Source of the DNA: Lytechinus pictus
Lineage: Eukaryota
Direction of reading: 5' to 3'
Assembly (NCBI RefSeq): GCF_037042905.1
Contig: NC_087252.1
Coordinates: 28,148,001 to 28,212,000, forward strand
DNA: 64,000 bases
Part shown: positions 1-11,405 of the stretch, in pieces
Numbering within the stretch: the first letter of the stretch is position 1
How the letters are laid out: each line of letters begins with the position of its first letter
Notes under the pieces: generated by a model
The model's input: the letters and a program-made list of their open reading frames with translations, nothing else
What the model was told of the DNA's origin: nothing
The model's database searches: none
Translations under genes and position numbers: made by a program

Positions 1-254
1 CAAAGGAACTAAAAGTGAAAACAAAATTACGAAAAATTAATTATACCTGCAAATAAAGAGATAATCGGTGAATACACAACTTAAATATATTGGGTCGATA
101 ATCATGTAAAAAAACTATGTAAATTTAAATTATCCTAATAACTAAGCGTACAATTCGACTTAAAAAATCTGAACACAATATGATAATGCCAATTAACTAA
201 GGGGGATAATTTCATACAGAACAAAACAAGCGAAAAATAGGCAAGTGAAACTTA

Positions 255-393
255 TTAAAAGAGGTGGGTTTTAAGGAGGGACTTAAACAGTTCTAACGAT
301 GATGCCTCACGTACTTAAAGGGGAGATTGTTCCAGAGCTTCGGGGCAATAACTGAGAAGGATCTGTCACCGTAGTTGGTTTTAGTTCTTGGTC
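255..393 (-). mobile_element. L2/CR1-group LINE 3' remnant (ORF2 C-terminus)
   Basis: The minus strand translates PRTKTNYGDRSFSVIAPKLWNNLP / (frameshift) VREASSLELFKSLLKTHLF*, the characteristic L2-clade ORF2 C-terminal motif. Confidence 0.75.
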
Positions 394-1426
394 CGGGCAG
401 CAGTTGAAGATGTGCAGTGGTGTGGGAGCGGAGTTATGAGAGAGAGGTGAAGGGTATATTGTGGAGAGGGGAAAAATAAAGAGAGAATTATCCATATAAT
501 AAATAACGCAGATTTTCGCAGGGCACCTACAAAAAGGTCTTATTTTGTTTTCAATATCAAAACACTCTAAATTAAAGAATTGTTGGCCTATACGATTAGA
601 TGTTCAGCTTGGATACATACAAGCTTTACAATCGACCTTGCAATCCCCTTTGTCTCTCAATTATATAAAGGTTTTCAAATTTGCCTCTCACTCGCCAGGC
701 AAACTTTTTTTAGTTACCACTGAAGAGAAACATCATCTCTTGCTATAAAGATGTTTTTATTGGTCCAAAACTAAAGATTTATTTCACAAGTGAAATTCAA
801 TATAATTCAATACACACAAAATAATGTCGTGGCTGTACGCAAAAAAAAATTATCAGGGGGACTTGCAAGTGAGGGAATAATTAGTGACTGAGCTTTTGCT
901 AAAGCGACAGTGGATAATTTTGTGAAAACTTTCATTAAAATAGTTGCCCCCTGCCCCCCCCCCCCCCATTGCGTACGGCCATATACAAGTTCAAAAGAAT
1001 GAAGACTTAAAACATTTGAATATCTGAATGGCTACCCAAAGATGGATACTAGATTTTTCATTCATCAATGAAGTTAACTGCTGTAGGCCTACTTATTGGG
1101 AAATATTGATATTTTTGTATTGGCCTACTAGAACAGTCAGGAGCCGCGGAATCGGAGCTAGGCGGGGTCTAGCTGGGTCTTCAACCCTTACACATTCATT
1201 AGGTGTTTACAAAAACGTAAAATGACCATCTGATAGATGGCCTTCTCTTCTTTAATTCAACTTATTGTACTGTCTATGTTGATCTTTATAGGCCTACATG
1301 TTCTTAAATTGTGATATAATAACTATGGAAAATGATGATCTCCATGGTATTTTTTGCATTCGACGAGTCCGGTTGCTTTGGGGTTCGAATTTAGCCTGGG
1401 TGATGTGTATAGACCTCTGAGTTTAC

Positions 1427-1438
1427 TGCGCTTGCGCG
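1427..1438. promoter_or_regulatory. NRF1/P3A2-like site in the MRPL41 promoter
   Basis: TGCGCTTGCGCG has one mismatch to YGCGCAYGCGCR and lies ~90 bp upstream of the ATG of a nuclear-encoded mitochondrial gene, in a locally CpG-rich patch. Confidence 0.4.
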
Positions 1439-1522
1439 CAATGACATAAGTTATGCCCCACGTACCGAAAATTGTGTCGGCTCCTTCATCAACTCATATC
1501 GTGGGAAGTTTCCGACATAAAA

Positions 1523-1622
1523 ATGCCAGTTTTAAGAAATTTACTTCGTGGTTTTACTAGAGGGGCCAACAGACACAAGGAGATGACGAGTAAACGCGGA
1601 AATAAGAATTTTCATCCTAACA
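1523..1622 (+). CDS. MRPL41: Mitochondrial ribosomal protein L41 (mL41), coding exon 1
   Basis: MPVLRNLLRGFTRGANRHKEMTSKRGNKNFHPN matches the mL41 N-terminus (RGA.R...TSKRG). Donor A|GTAAGA at 1623, phase 1. Confidence 0.9.
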
Positions 1623-1701
1623 GTAAGAACGAAACTGTATTTTTTCACATTTCTTCAAAACGCGTAAATTCAAATCCAAATTCCATTTCCAATTTCAAGT
1701 A

Positions 1702-2321
1702 CCGTATGGGCACTAGTATTCAACCCGGCATAATTCAAAGATTTTGACATATTCCCCAAAATATTTAGAAATAGGGAATTTATCTTAATTTCATACCTTT
1801 GTTATTTCCAGGGTAATCTGTTGTCGGTATTTTCTTTATCAATCTGTCGACTGTATGCACGGAGGATCGAATTATGCGGCGATGGCCTTTTTTTGCACTG
1901 AATGGTACTAGTATTCAACCTAGTGAGGATTGATAGCAAATTTCAAAAGGGTTTAGATTGCTAAATTAGATCTAGATCTATGTAAGTCTCTGGCTTTGAT
2001 TAATTCCCTGTTTGGTCTCATCTCAAATGGTCTAGTCCTTAGTCGGATGGGACAAGGGCAGATTGAGAGACAGGGCCATCTTTCATCACTAGGTTGAATA
2101 CTATTACTAGTACCGACGGATTGAATACTAGTACCAAAAACCGTCGCCGTAAAATTTGATCGCCTGCGCACGCAGTTGACGGGTTGAAGAAAAAAATAAC
2201 GGGAAAAGAATAACCAGCATTTGCTCTTGGAAATAAGACAGGTCTGAAATTCAGGAAAATTCCATATTTCTGTATATTTGAAGAAACTCTCCAAACGGGT
2301 TGAATACTAGTACCCTTACGG
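1702..2321. mobile_element. Tc1/mariner-type (pogo-like) MITE
   Basis: TIRs CCGTATGGGCACTAGTATTCAACCCG / CGGGTTGAATACTAGTACCCTTACGG, flanked by TA on both sides, with internal copies of GGTACTAGTATTCAACC. Confidence 0.75.
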
Positions 2322-2341
2322 TAGGGCCTAGCCCTAGGCCT

Positions 2342-3039
2342 AGGGTGTCTGAAGCCACACTGAAAAGTGTCAGCATAAAACAGGCTGATTTAGGGGAAAA
2401 TATGGCATATTTTTTGGGGGAAGTTCAGGCTACTAGAAAAATGTGATCTGAATTGATTATTAACTTGTGTTTGGCATGTATGGAAAGAGAAAATTCAGGG
2501 GCTTCTTTTTAAGTTTTGACAGTTAGGACAAGTTTATATGATCATTTTAAATAAGGATTTAGAGATAAATTGCAAACCCTTATTTTCGTGTGTGTTGAGA
2601 TTGCCATTTCTCCATGCATTTTCTATGGGAAAATGAAATTTCTGTTTTGCACAATTTTTTTCACTTTGTCGCAATTTTTCATTGTGATCTGGTTTCCAAA
2701 TCTTTATAAAAATCATACCATCAGATAGAGCATAAAAAATCATATTGGACTCTTTATGGACAAGTTTTTGGCATTAATAATAAATTTATAACAGCTCTCG
2801 GAAGCTAAAAATTTGGATTTGTGTGTGTCCATTTCTTAACTACTACAGTCTACACAGTCTATGGCAGAGAAATGCTGAAAATTGACCTAATTTCATTCTT
2901 CTTTTTTGCAGCCAATAATTTGATTTTTTTCAAAAATGTTACATTTCTGTCAGTCTGAAGGTCATTTCTCTTCAAATTCACAAAGAAAATATTATATTTT
3001 CTTGAAATAAGAAAAATACTTTTTTTCTCCAGACACCCT
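2342..3039. mobile_element. Non-autonomous DNA transposon with a 9-bp TSD (Mutator/Merlin-like)
   Basis: Termini AGGGTGTCTG...CAGACACCCT. ATTTCAAGT occurs at 3040-3048 and at 1692-1700, displaced by later insertions. Confidence 0.65.
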
Positions 3040-4225
3040 ATTTCAAGTTTCAACTCGGGTTTCAACTAGGAATCAGGATCTATAACTTTAACTTTAATAA
3101 GCATGTCGAGACAAAAACAGACAAGAATCGGCTTTGTCCTTTGAATGATTTTTTTTATCGAAAGGCAGACAAGTCGAGAAAAATATTGTTGACAATTTTG
3201 ACGGGCGCCTCTCCACGCCCCCGAGAAAAGAATATAAAAAGAAAGGGGAAAGGAGAAAAAAAAAGCGAAGAGAGAAAAGGGAAGAAGGGTAGGCCTATAT
3301 TGTTTTTTCTATCTTCTTTGTGTCAAAAGAATAAAAACCTAAATGAGACGAGGAGACGTAGACCTCTAACGTTAGATCTACTCCTTTTTCTTCATGCATG
3401 TCGTACAAATTTTTTCTTCCGCGCAGGAAAAAATATCAAAATTGCTTTTCCAAATTTGTTTCCCCTCACCTTTTCTCTACTCGGTAAATTCTTGCCAGAA
3501 AGTATAAACTATTACATGGGTGTAAAGAGTATGAAATGTGTTATTTTTTTAAATTGCATTGTCACAAAACTTCGGCTCTTCTGTTTGGAGCGGGTAAACA
3601 TGACCAATCCCTAAAATGCTAAATGCTATTTCTTCCGCTTTTCAGCAAGCAATTTTTGTCAAAGTATCTAAAGGGGGAGGCAATAATTTGTGCCGTGCTC
3701 TATGCAAAAAAGTATGTACGATATGACACTTCATTCTATATCGCTGCACATCCATCTCCCCTCTTGTTTTGCGCCATTGATTTCAAATTCTGAATATCAT
3801 TGAAATTTCTTAATCATACAAAAGGAAGCGAGAAATGAGCGAAATTACAAATTTTTTTCTTCCAAAATAGATCAAAGAGGTTTCTGTGCTTTTAAACTCT
3901 TTGTTCTTCGTAATTGAGTTAGAGGCCTATAATCCAAGAAATAATAGAGCAGGTTGAAATTAAAGTTTCCTAGAAATTTGTAAAATTCAGAGCTTCAACG
4001 CCATTCGCGGGAAGGAATATTTCCTCCCTGCATATACCCGCACTCTGTTTTGCGAGTTAAAGAAATTTATGTCGCTAAAGCTTTTACAAACAAATCTGAT
4101 GTGATAAAAATAGGCATTTTTTTCTGTTCTCAATTTTTATAAAAGGTTTTGTGCGGTAAGGTGAATTTATTAAATTATTTCAAAATCTTCCCATTTTCGG
4201 GCACCCATAATTTCTTCCAAAAACA

Positions 4226-4497
4226 TTTTGTCATCACAGCAAGTCAATTGAAATTGAGTTCATAAGGGTACTAGAGATGTCTTCTTTTTATTTGAATTTT
4301 ATAAGATATCACAAACTTCTCGCTTCGCGCGGGAGGGGGTAAGAAGTATTATTTCAAATTCCTCATCTTTTTCCACTTTTGGGCGCCTATTTTTTTTTCG
4401 AAAACAAGTTTTTTCATCACAGCAGGTTAATTGAATTTGAGTTGATAAGGGTGTTAGAGACGCCTTCGTTTGATTTGAATTTGAGATATCAAAAACT
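4226..4497. repeat. Degenerate ~90-bp direct duplication inside a probable old DNA-transposon relic
   Basis: catcacagcaagtcaattgaaattgagttcataagggt... recurs as catcacagcaggttaattgaatttgagttgataagggt... Confidence 0.5.
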
Positions 4498-5272
4498 CCC
4501 TGCACCCTCCCCCCTAGGGAGTGCGCTCTGTAAGTGTTGGCACCACGCTTCACATGCACTTACTGCCCCCTCCAAAGTTAAATCCTGGCTATGCGGTTTG
4601 GACAGTTTGCTAAAAATACATTGGCCTTAATAATTCTTATTGTGTAATATTATCACCTCTCTAAGTCTAACGTTATTAAGACTAACGTTATGTGAAAACG
4701 TTAAGTTTCTTGGCCACCTAGCCTGGAGGCTCTTATAATTAAAGTGATTCCACTGGCACTGACGTGCTTATTGCATTGTTTTTGTAGGAACTGCATTGCT
4801 GCAAGAAAATTTGCAGATGACGACATGGTTATTATAGGCACGCTTCCATATTGGCTTTTGAGTTTTATCATAGTGGAAATCAATTTTGTTATATCACGAG
4901 CTGATCAGTCTGCGGGATCATCAAAATGCTGCATTGTTTAATTGTCTGTCTGGCTATATCAACCCAATGGCAATGATTATACAATTATAATGAAATAAAA
5001 TGGTTTATATTTCAGGTCATTTTATCCAATCATTTTGATAGTTCTATGCAGGATCAGGAATAATTGAAAAAAAAACATGCTCTTATCCATAGCTTTAGGA
5101 GAACTTACATAGGCTTTGAAATGAATATGATTTAATCAATTATTATGTTTGATTGAAAATTCTGTAAAAATAGTTGACTTTGTATTTTTGGAGGGATTTT
5201 GCTGATAGAAAATAAAGGAAAAAAAAATCTAAATCTTAATCTTTTCATTCTTCCCCATTTTCCTTCCAACAG

Positions 5273-5308
5273 CCTCTCGCATACAGCCCACTGGATATGG
5301 TGTCAGAA
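5273..5308 (+). CDS. MRPL41: MRPL41 coding exon 2 (36-nt microexon)
   Basis: Strong acceptor ttccccattttccttccaacAG and donor GTAAGT. Encodes (T)SRIQPTGYGVR, phase 1-1, bridging exons 1 and 3 in frame. Confidence 0.8.
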
Positions 5309-5373
5309 GTAAGTAAACAAACTATATAGCTTGAAATATTTGGAAATACATAAGAGTATACAGACAATTTTGA

Positions 5374-5767
5374 AGGTAAATTCCAGTTGTGGTAACGATA
5401 TCAAAATGAGTTCGTACAGAATCCAATGAAATGACCACCAAAGTGTCTGTTTGTATAAATAAAACATATGTGCCAAAGGATTCTGGAAGAAATTGTGTAA
5501 TTGCTGAGAAATCAGCAAATAAGCACAGGATTTGGGTCGAGCGTCGGGCCGACATTCAAAGCAATAATAATACACTGTCCCACGTGCGCTTATCTGTGTT
5601 AGTGATCTTCAGCGTGAACATTTTTCAGCGTAGATTTCAAGATTTCACAAAGTTTAGTTTATGTAACTGTACCAGATCCAGATCCTCGACGATATACTGA
5701 CAATTAAGCCTGGTTTTACAGACTTTCTCATGAAATCAGTGTTTACTGCAACTACTGGCATTTCTCT
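5374..5767. mobile_element. Probable Kolobok/T2-type MITE
   Basis: Imperfect TIRs AGGTAAATTCCAGT / ACTGGCATTTCTCT, with TTAA on the right and TTGA on the left. Confidence 0.45.
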
Positions 5768-6179
5768 TTAATCCTCATCACATCCCAAATCACCCCTAGA
5801 AAGGGCACTTTAAAGGTTTCATAGTAAATGGCTCCGATAGAGACTTCAATATGAGAAGCAGACACGATGATAAAAAACTTTGCAAACATAATTAACTCTT
5901 GAATGTATGTGTCAGGAATTCCAAAGTTTGTGGTCTAGTTACAATGTAAACATAGGCAATGGTCTAACTCTCTCTGCTAAAATCATGCGTACGGTAGCCA
6001 GAAACATCAGATAGGCCTACCTGTGTATGTTGTTTGCATTGTTTACACATATTTCTTACATGAATGTTTACTATGTTCTTTCTCCATGTTTTTATGGATA
6101 AAAATATTCTAGTTTTTATTCCCAGACAGTCACAAATTATTTCAAGTGTCAAATGAGCTCATAAAGTGAGCTTGTACTT

Positions 6180-6291
6180 CACAGGCATGAATCATGCTAT
6201 TCAAGAGGGGGGGGGGGGGGGGGTGGTGGAACAATAGATCACCCCCCCCCCCCCCCGAGCAACAGGTGTGACGCAAGGATTTACGCCAGTG
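6180..6291. mobile_element. Mini hAT-type MITE
   Basis: TIRs CACAGGCATGAATC / GATTTACGCCAGTG, polyG/polyC interior, 8-bp TSD TTGTACTT / GTGTACTT. Confidence 0.55.
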
Positions 6292-6302
6292 GTGTACTTT
6301 CA

Positions 6303-6611
6303 GGCCCGTTTTCTGAATTCAGGCTTAATTTAAACTCTGGTTTTAAGTTGTGGTTTAACTATGGAAAGCCAGTTGTAACATAAATCTGTAACAATAAAGG
6401 TTCAATGTATCAGCTCATTTGACTCCCAAAACATTTACTGCCTGGGAAGGGTAAGTATGACAGTTTTCTTCACCATTAAAGAATTAGTAAAGAACACAGT
6501 AAACATGTGAAGCATTCAATGTGAACAAAATTTTGAAACGTTTGGCTTCCCATAATCTTAGCACAGAGTTAGACCATGGTTTAAGTTAAACCTGACTTCA
6601 GAATACGGGCC
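6303..6611. mobile_element. PIF/Harbinger-type MITE, family A copy 1
   Basis: TIRs GGCCCGTTTTCTGAATTCAGG / CCTGACTTCAGAATACGGGCC; homologous to 12696-13000. Confidence 0.8.
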
Positions 6612-6741
6612 TTAGAGATTTGTGTCACAACTGGCTGACCATAATTAAACCGCAACTTTAGACAAGAGTTTGAATTATACCCAAGTACAGAATACAGGCC
6701 TATTTTCATGTTGTTGTTTTGTTCTTTTTTCATCTTAACAG

Positions 6742-6806
6742 CTACTTGGAGGAATGTAAAAGAAATGATTCCAGAGATTGTGGTGCCCAGTCTAGACGAT
6801 TTCCCG
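6742..6806 (+). CDS. MRPL41: MRPL41 coding exon 3
   Basis: Acceptor cttaacAG, donor GTAATA. (T)TWRNVKEMIPEIVVPSLDDFP matches the mL41 motif KEM.PE.VVP.L..F. Confidence 0.92.
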
Positions 6807-7366
6807 GTAATAATGCTGAAAAACAACTTTATTTACTGTACATCATCATCATCACTAGTGTATCCAGCATCAGCTCTGACAAAGAATTAATGTATGGGCC
6901 CATGCACAAGCATAATAGAGTCACTATTGTCCCCCAGAAAATGGGGCCCATGAAATGCTTTGTAGGATCTGATGCTGGATGCCGTTGCCTGATCATATTA
7001 ATCACATTTCATAACAAAATTGATATTTTTTTTTTAGAACTGTTCACCGCATGATTGAAAAATATTGATGAATAAGGTGGCAAATGGCACTCTGTAAAAG
7101 TGCAGCCAAAGTTAGCCTAGGATAAAATCATACCACTGCTATAAGATTAACAACCATTACTTTGAGGAAAAAAAAGTCTGTTAGTAATTGAAACAGGTTA
7201 GCACAAAATTTCTGCCTTTGACTATAACGTAGGAAAATAGTCTTGTAAAAACGAAATCATCTGGTTGTAGGTTTTTACAAAATACAGGGCGTAGATGAGT
7301 GTTTCATAATACTCTATTTTACTTACTCTACGCACAACTTTCTTCAAGACGGACGGTTTTTGTAAG

Positions 7367-7768
7367 TCATAATTAAACCTTTGTTTGAAACATGTAATTT
7401 TTTTTGTATGGATGGTTATTTTTTTAATGAGAGGAACCATAGGATTAGTTATAAAACCTATACTATTGTACACATAATTTTTATTGGGTGTTAATATAAT
7501 TAATCATACTCTGTACTCATGTTCAAAATCCTAACTCCTAATCCTAATCATAAGTCATTTCCAATTTCATAATTAAACCTTTGTTTGAAACATGTAATTT
7601 TTTTTGTATGGATGGTTATTTTTTAATGAGAGGAACCATAGGATTAGTTATAAAACCTATACTATTGTACACATAATTTTTATTGGGTGTTAATATAATT
7701 AATCATACTCTGTACTCATGTTCAAAATCCTAACTCCTAATCCTAATCATAAGTCATTTCCAATTTCA
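7367..7768. repeat. Near-perfect ~200-bp tandem duplication
   Basis: 7367-7566 is repeated at 7567-7768; the only difference seen is one T in a homopolymer. Confidence 0.9.
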
Positions 7769-7986
7769 GAGTAGCTGATATTGCAGAATGTGCGCATAAA
7801 ATTACCTGCAAAAATAAATAGTGTCCCACCAAGTTTTACTTCTCAAGCATCACACCTGAGAATTTATTGTCAATGTTATACCAACGTGATGTCCATGTAA
7901 TGGTGGTAAAACTTTGTATTTGTTCTGCAGCAGATGATGTCCAATCATAGTTAATAGTAATTCAGCTGGAAATTGGGGATGTTTAA

Positions 7987-8489
7987 AGGGATGGTCCGGG
8001 CTGAAAGTATTTATAGCTTAATAAATAGAGTAGAATTCACTGAGCAAAATGCCCAAAATTTCATCAAAATCGGATAACAAATAACAAAGTTATTGAATTT
8101 TAAAGTTAAGCAATACTTGGGGAAAACAGTCGTCATGAATATTCATTAGGTGGGCTGATGATGTCACATCTCCACTTGTTCTTTTGTATTTTATTATACG
8201 AAATGAGGTTCATTCAAATTTTGTCCTCCAAGAAGTAGAAAAATTGGAATGACAACTGATTTAGTGCATCTTATTTCATTATAAGGGAGACATATTATTC
8301 ACACAAGTATGAAATAATGAAAAAATTATGATTTTATGTAATAACATAAGAAAACAAAAATATTGCTAAACTTTAAAATTCAATAACTTAATTATTTTTT
8401 ATCCGATTTTGATGAAATTTTCGGCATTTTGCTCAGTGAATTCTACTCTATGTATTAAGATATAAATATTTTCAGCCCAGACCATCCCT
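7987..8489. mobile_element. Kolobok/T2-type MITE, copy 1
   Basis: TTAA|AGGGGATGGTCCGGGCTGAAA...TTTCAGCCCAGACCATCCCT|TTAA with long TIRs; other copies at ~25631 and ~28420. Confidence 0.85.
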
Positions 8490-8911
8490 TTAAACATCCC
8501 CAATTTCCAGCTGAATTACTATTAACTATGATTGGACCTCATCTTTAAATTGACACATCAAAACTCAACCCCATTTCAAATGATATTCTCTGTGAAATGA
8601 AAATGCCGATACCACCATTACATGGACATCACACGATTTTGTTACCCCAACCCCATGGAATGACACATATACATACAGAAAAACTGTCCTTGTAACTATT
8701 TCACCAATAGTTTTTCATGTTCATATTGCTTTCAATCCTGTTATTTTCCTAATCCTAAGTCATAACACAATTTCAAAGTAGCTTATAAATATTGTTGAAT
8801 GCGCTCTCTGCTGTTAAATATGGTATACATACAGGAAGACTGTCTTTGTATTGATCTCACCAATAATGTTTCGTGTTCATATTTATTTTAATCCTATTAT
8901 TTTCCTTGCAG

Positions 8912-9079
8912 CTGAAGGCTTACGTGTCCTACAAGTGCCCGGACACACAGCAAGACCCTATCACCCCCCGCGACATCTTCGACAAGTGTGTAGCCCCTAA
9001 GGTGCTTGAAGATTTGGAGAGCGGTAAATACGATAGTGAAAAATTGTTGTCATCGCCGGCGAGTGAGGGCAAGTCATGA
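8912..9079 (+). CDS. MRPL41: MRPL41 coding exon 4 (to TGA)
   Basis: Acceptor ttttccttgcAG. LKAYVSYKCPDTQQDPITPRDIFDKCVAPKVLEDLESGKYD matches LKPYVSY...AP...D...G. The total CDS is 369 nt (122 aa). Confidence 0.92.
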   Translation: MKAYVSYKCPDTQQDPITPRDIFDKCVAPKVLEDLESGKYDSEKLLSSPASEGKS

Positions 9080-9636
9080 CAGCCTGATAGCTGATGAATA
9101 GACAGTTTAAGTTATGCCTGGCTTGAAGGCTTGTAATCATAGAGAGTGGAGCTGTCTTTAAATTATTGTTCTTAGAGACATACCATAATTACAGAGAGAA
9201 AAGAAAAGGAATCGGAGCATTTGTATCGTTCACAAATTCTCCTTGGAGGACTGGCTGATACCTAGTCTGCAGGCACAGACCCGGATTGAAACTTTGATCA
9301 ACAAGTGGGTCTTCAGACAAAGACTATCGCATATAAAAATTGCTGTTTCAATTCAGGCATTCAGTCCATAAGGCATTATTATAGTCTTGCACATTCAGAC
9401 CCTTAACTTCAGTGAAAGGTTTGCACAGCAGACTGGTTGATGCCCTTGCTTATACAGTTGTAATATCCAAAGAGGATTTAACTTTTGAAAGAGTATGCAA
9501 TGACAGTCCCACATTTTGTTCCTCAGAATCTATATGTGGTACATGTATTTATTCTAATTGATTCAAACTTCAAGGCCCCCTTTCCTGCTGTAAAATCTGT
9601 TAAGGTGTACTTTTTATTAAATGGCATTTAAAAAAA

Positions 9637-9642
9637 AATAAA
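9637..9642 (+). terminator. Candidate MRPL41 polyadenylation signal AATAAA
   Basis: AATAAA (plus ATTAAA at ~9616) lies ~560 nt after the stop, just before the TE-rich intergenic zone. Confidence 0.4.
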
Positions 9643-9839
9643 CCCCTTTTCTATGAGAAAACCTCCTTTATTACAAATGTATTAATATGGTATAAGAAAG
9701 CTTCAAGCGGATATACTTTCTCTTGTTCCTTGGGACAGAATAAGAATGTTTATGGCCACTGGAATTTGTTGTGGATGGACTTTGAACACAATTTCCAGGG
9801 TTCAAACCCCACCGTGATGCTTATGTCCTTTGGAAAGAC

Positions 9840-11251
9840 AGTATACAAATAGCGAATAGGCATGAGTGCAATGGTGCGAGATTTCGCATCAGGTGACCGT
9901 GAAAGAAAGATGCTCTATTCAATGAGGCGTTAGCCGAGTTGAATAGAGTGTTTCTTCCTTTCACCGAATGCGAAATCTCACACCATTGCACGAATAAGAA
10001 TATTCGCTATTTGTGTTGTACAACGCCTTGGAGTTTAGCGAAAATATGAAAAAACTAGTTTTTCCCTGCAGTAATCTATGAAAAGTGAGCAAAAAAATTG
10101 AAAGCGAAAACCAAAATCCCACAAGCGCACATGACCTTGGGCAGCCTTGCGCATTGAGCCAGCAGCCTATTCGCGCATTGCACCTTCATTTTTACTGAGC
10201 GCAGTGAATTAAATCGTATTGTGACGTCGCCAATGTTTGACATTCAACCTCCCACTTGCTCGCGTACAACAAGCTAAGAACGCGTTGGTCCATATAATAT
10301 ATAACCATATAATGGTCCATAATTGATATTCTCAACCTCGGTCTAAATGGGTACCTGATATTCTTGAGCATTTTGAATGCTAGATGTGGTTTATTATTCA
10401 CTTGGTATACAAGCAGTTAGTCTATTTCTCAGTCTAATAACACGTGGGCTAAACCCATTTTGTCTGTTGTACAACGCTGACTTTTAATAGCTTGTTGTAT
10501 GTGAACAAATTGGAGGCTGAATGCAGTGGCGTACCTAGGATTTTCCAAAGGGGGGGCAAATTGTCCGCCAAAAAATGTGACAAGCAAAAACAAACAAAAG
10601 GTCTTCAACCACAAGTAAAGGACATTTCGCACCCGAAAAAAAATTGACAAGCAAAAAAAAAAAAGTTTTCAAGTTCAAAGGAGGGGCCACTTGTGGCTCA
10701 TCAGGGATCAGTTTTGACTCGTCAGGGGGGGCAGGGATACGTCCTTTGCATGATTTGTGATTCGTCAGGGGGGGGGCAGTCTGCCCCCCCTTAGGTACGC
10801 TAGTGGCTGAATGTCAAACATTCATACCGTTGCACACGTAACGTCCATAATGTACCATTGCATGGTCAGGAACAAGATGACGTCAATATAAAAATTATGA
10901 TTAAATGCATTGCGCTTAGTAAATGCAGGTACAATATGCTGGCTAAATACGCATTGCTGCTGCAGGTCAGATGCGTGTTGAGGGATTTTGATTTTTTGCT
11001 TTCTATAATTAATTTCATTGATTAACATAGGAAAAAAGAATGATTATTGTTCTTTTTTCGCTAACTTCGGAGGCATTGTACAAGACGGACAGCGAATGTA
11101 CTTATTCATGCAATTGTGCGAGATTTGGCATTTGGTAAAAGAAAGAGACACTCTATTCAACTTGGCATGCCTTGTTGAATAGAGCTTCTTTCTGACGCCT
11201 TATGCAAATTCTCGCACCATCGCACTCGTGCCTATTCGCTATTTGTATACT
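9840..11251. mobile_element. Non-autonomous element with ~190-bp TIRs, each TIR itself a hairpin
   Basis: AGTATACAAATAGCGAATAGGCATGAGTGCAATGGTGCGAGA is mirrored by TCTCGCACCATCGCACTCGTGCCTATTCGCTATTTGTATACT. The left TIR hairpin is centred on GAGGCGTTAGCCGAG. Confidence 0.7.
10524..10805. mobile_element. hAT-type MITE nested in the 9840-11251 element
   Basis: TIRs CAGTGGCGTACC / GGTACGCTAGTG with a perfect 8-bp TSD GCTGAATG (10516-10523 and 10806-10813). Confidence 0.85.
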
Positions 11252-11405
11252 ATTAACTTGCACTTTGGTCATCACTTCAATACCCTCTTTTTCTAATTTT
11301 CATTTAGTCTATTGCCCAGATTGTCTCATTTCCACTTTGATAATTTTGCATTTTGTAAAATGAAAATTTGAATCATACGTCGTGCTTCTAACCATATATA
11401 ATTAG

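Noticed and set aside
829-983. hAT-like MITE (GTGGCTGTACGCA...TGCGTACGGCCAT)
   Set aside because: The ends are TIR-like but no TSD is recognisable; too degenerate to call with confidence.
10878-10885. CRE as a regulatory site for either gene
   Set aside because: It lies inside the 9840-11251 mobile element in the convergent intergenic region and is probably TE-internal.
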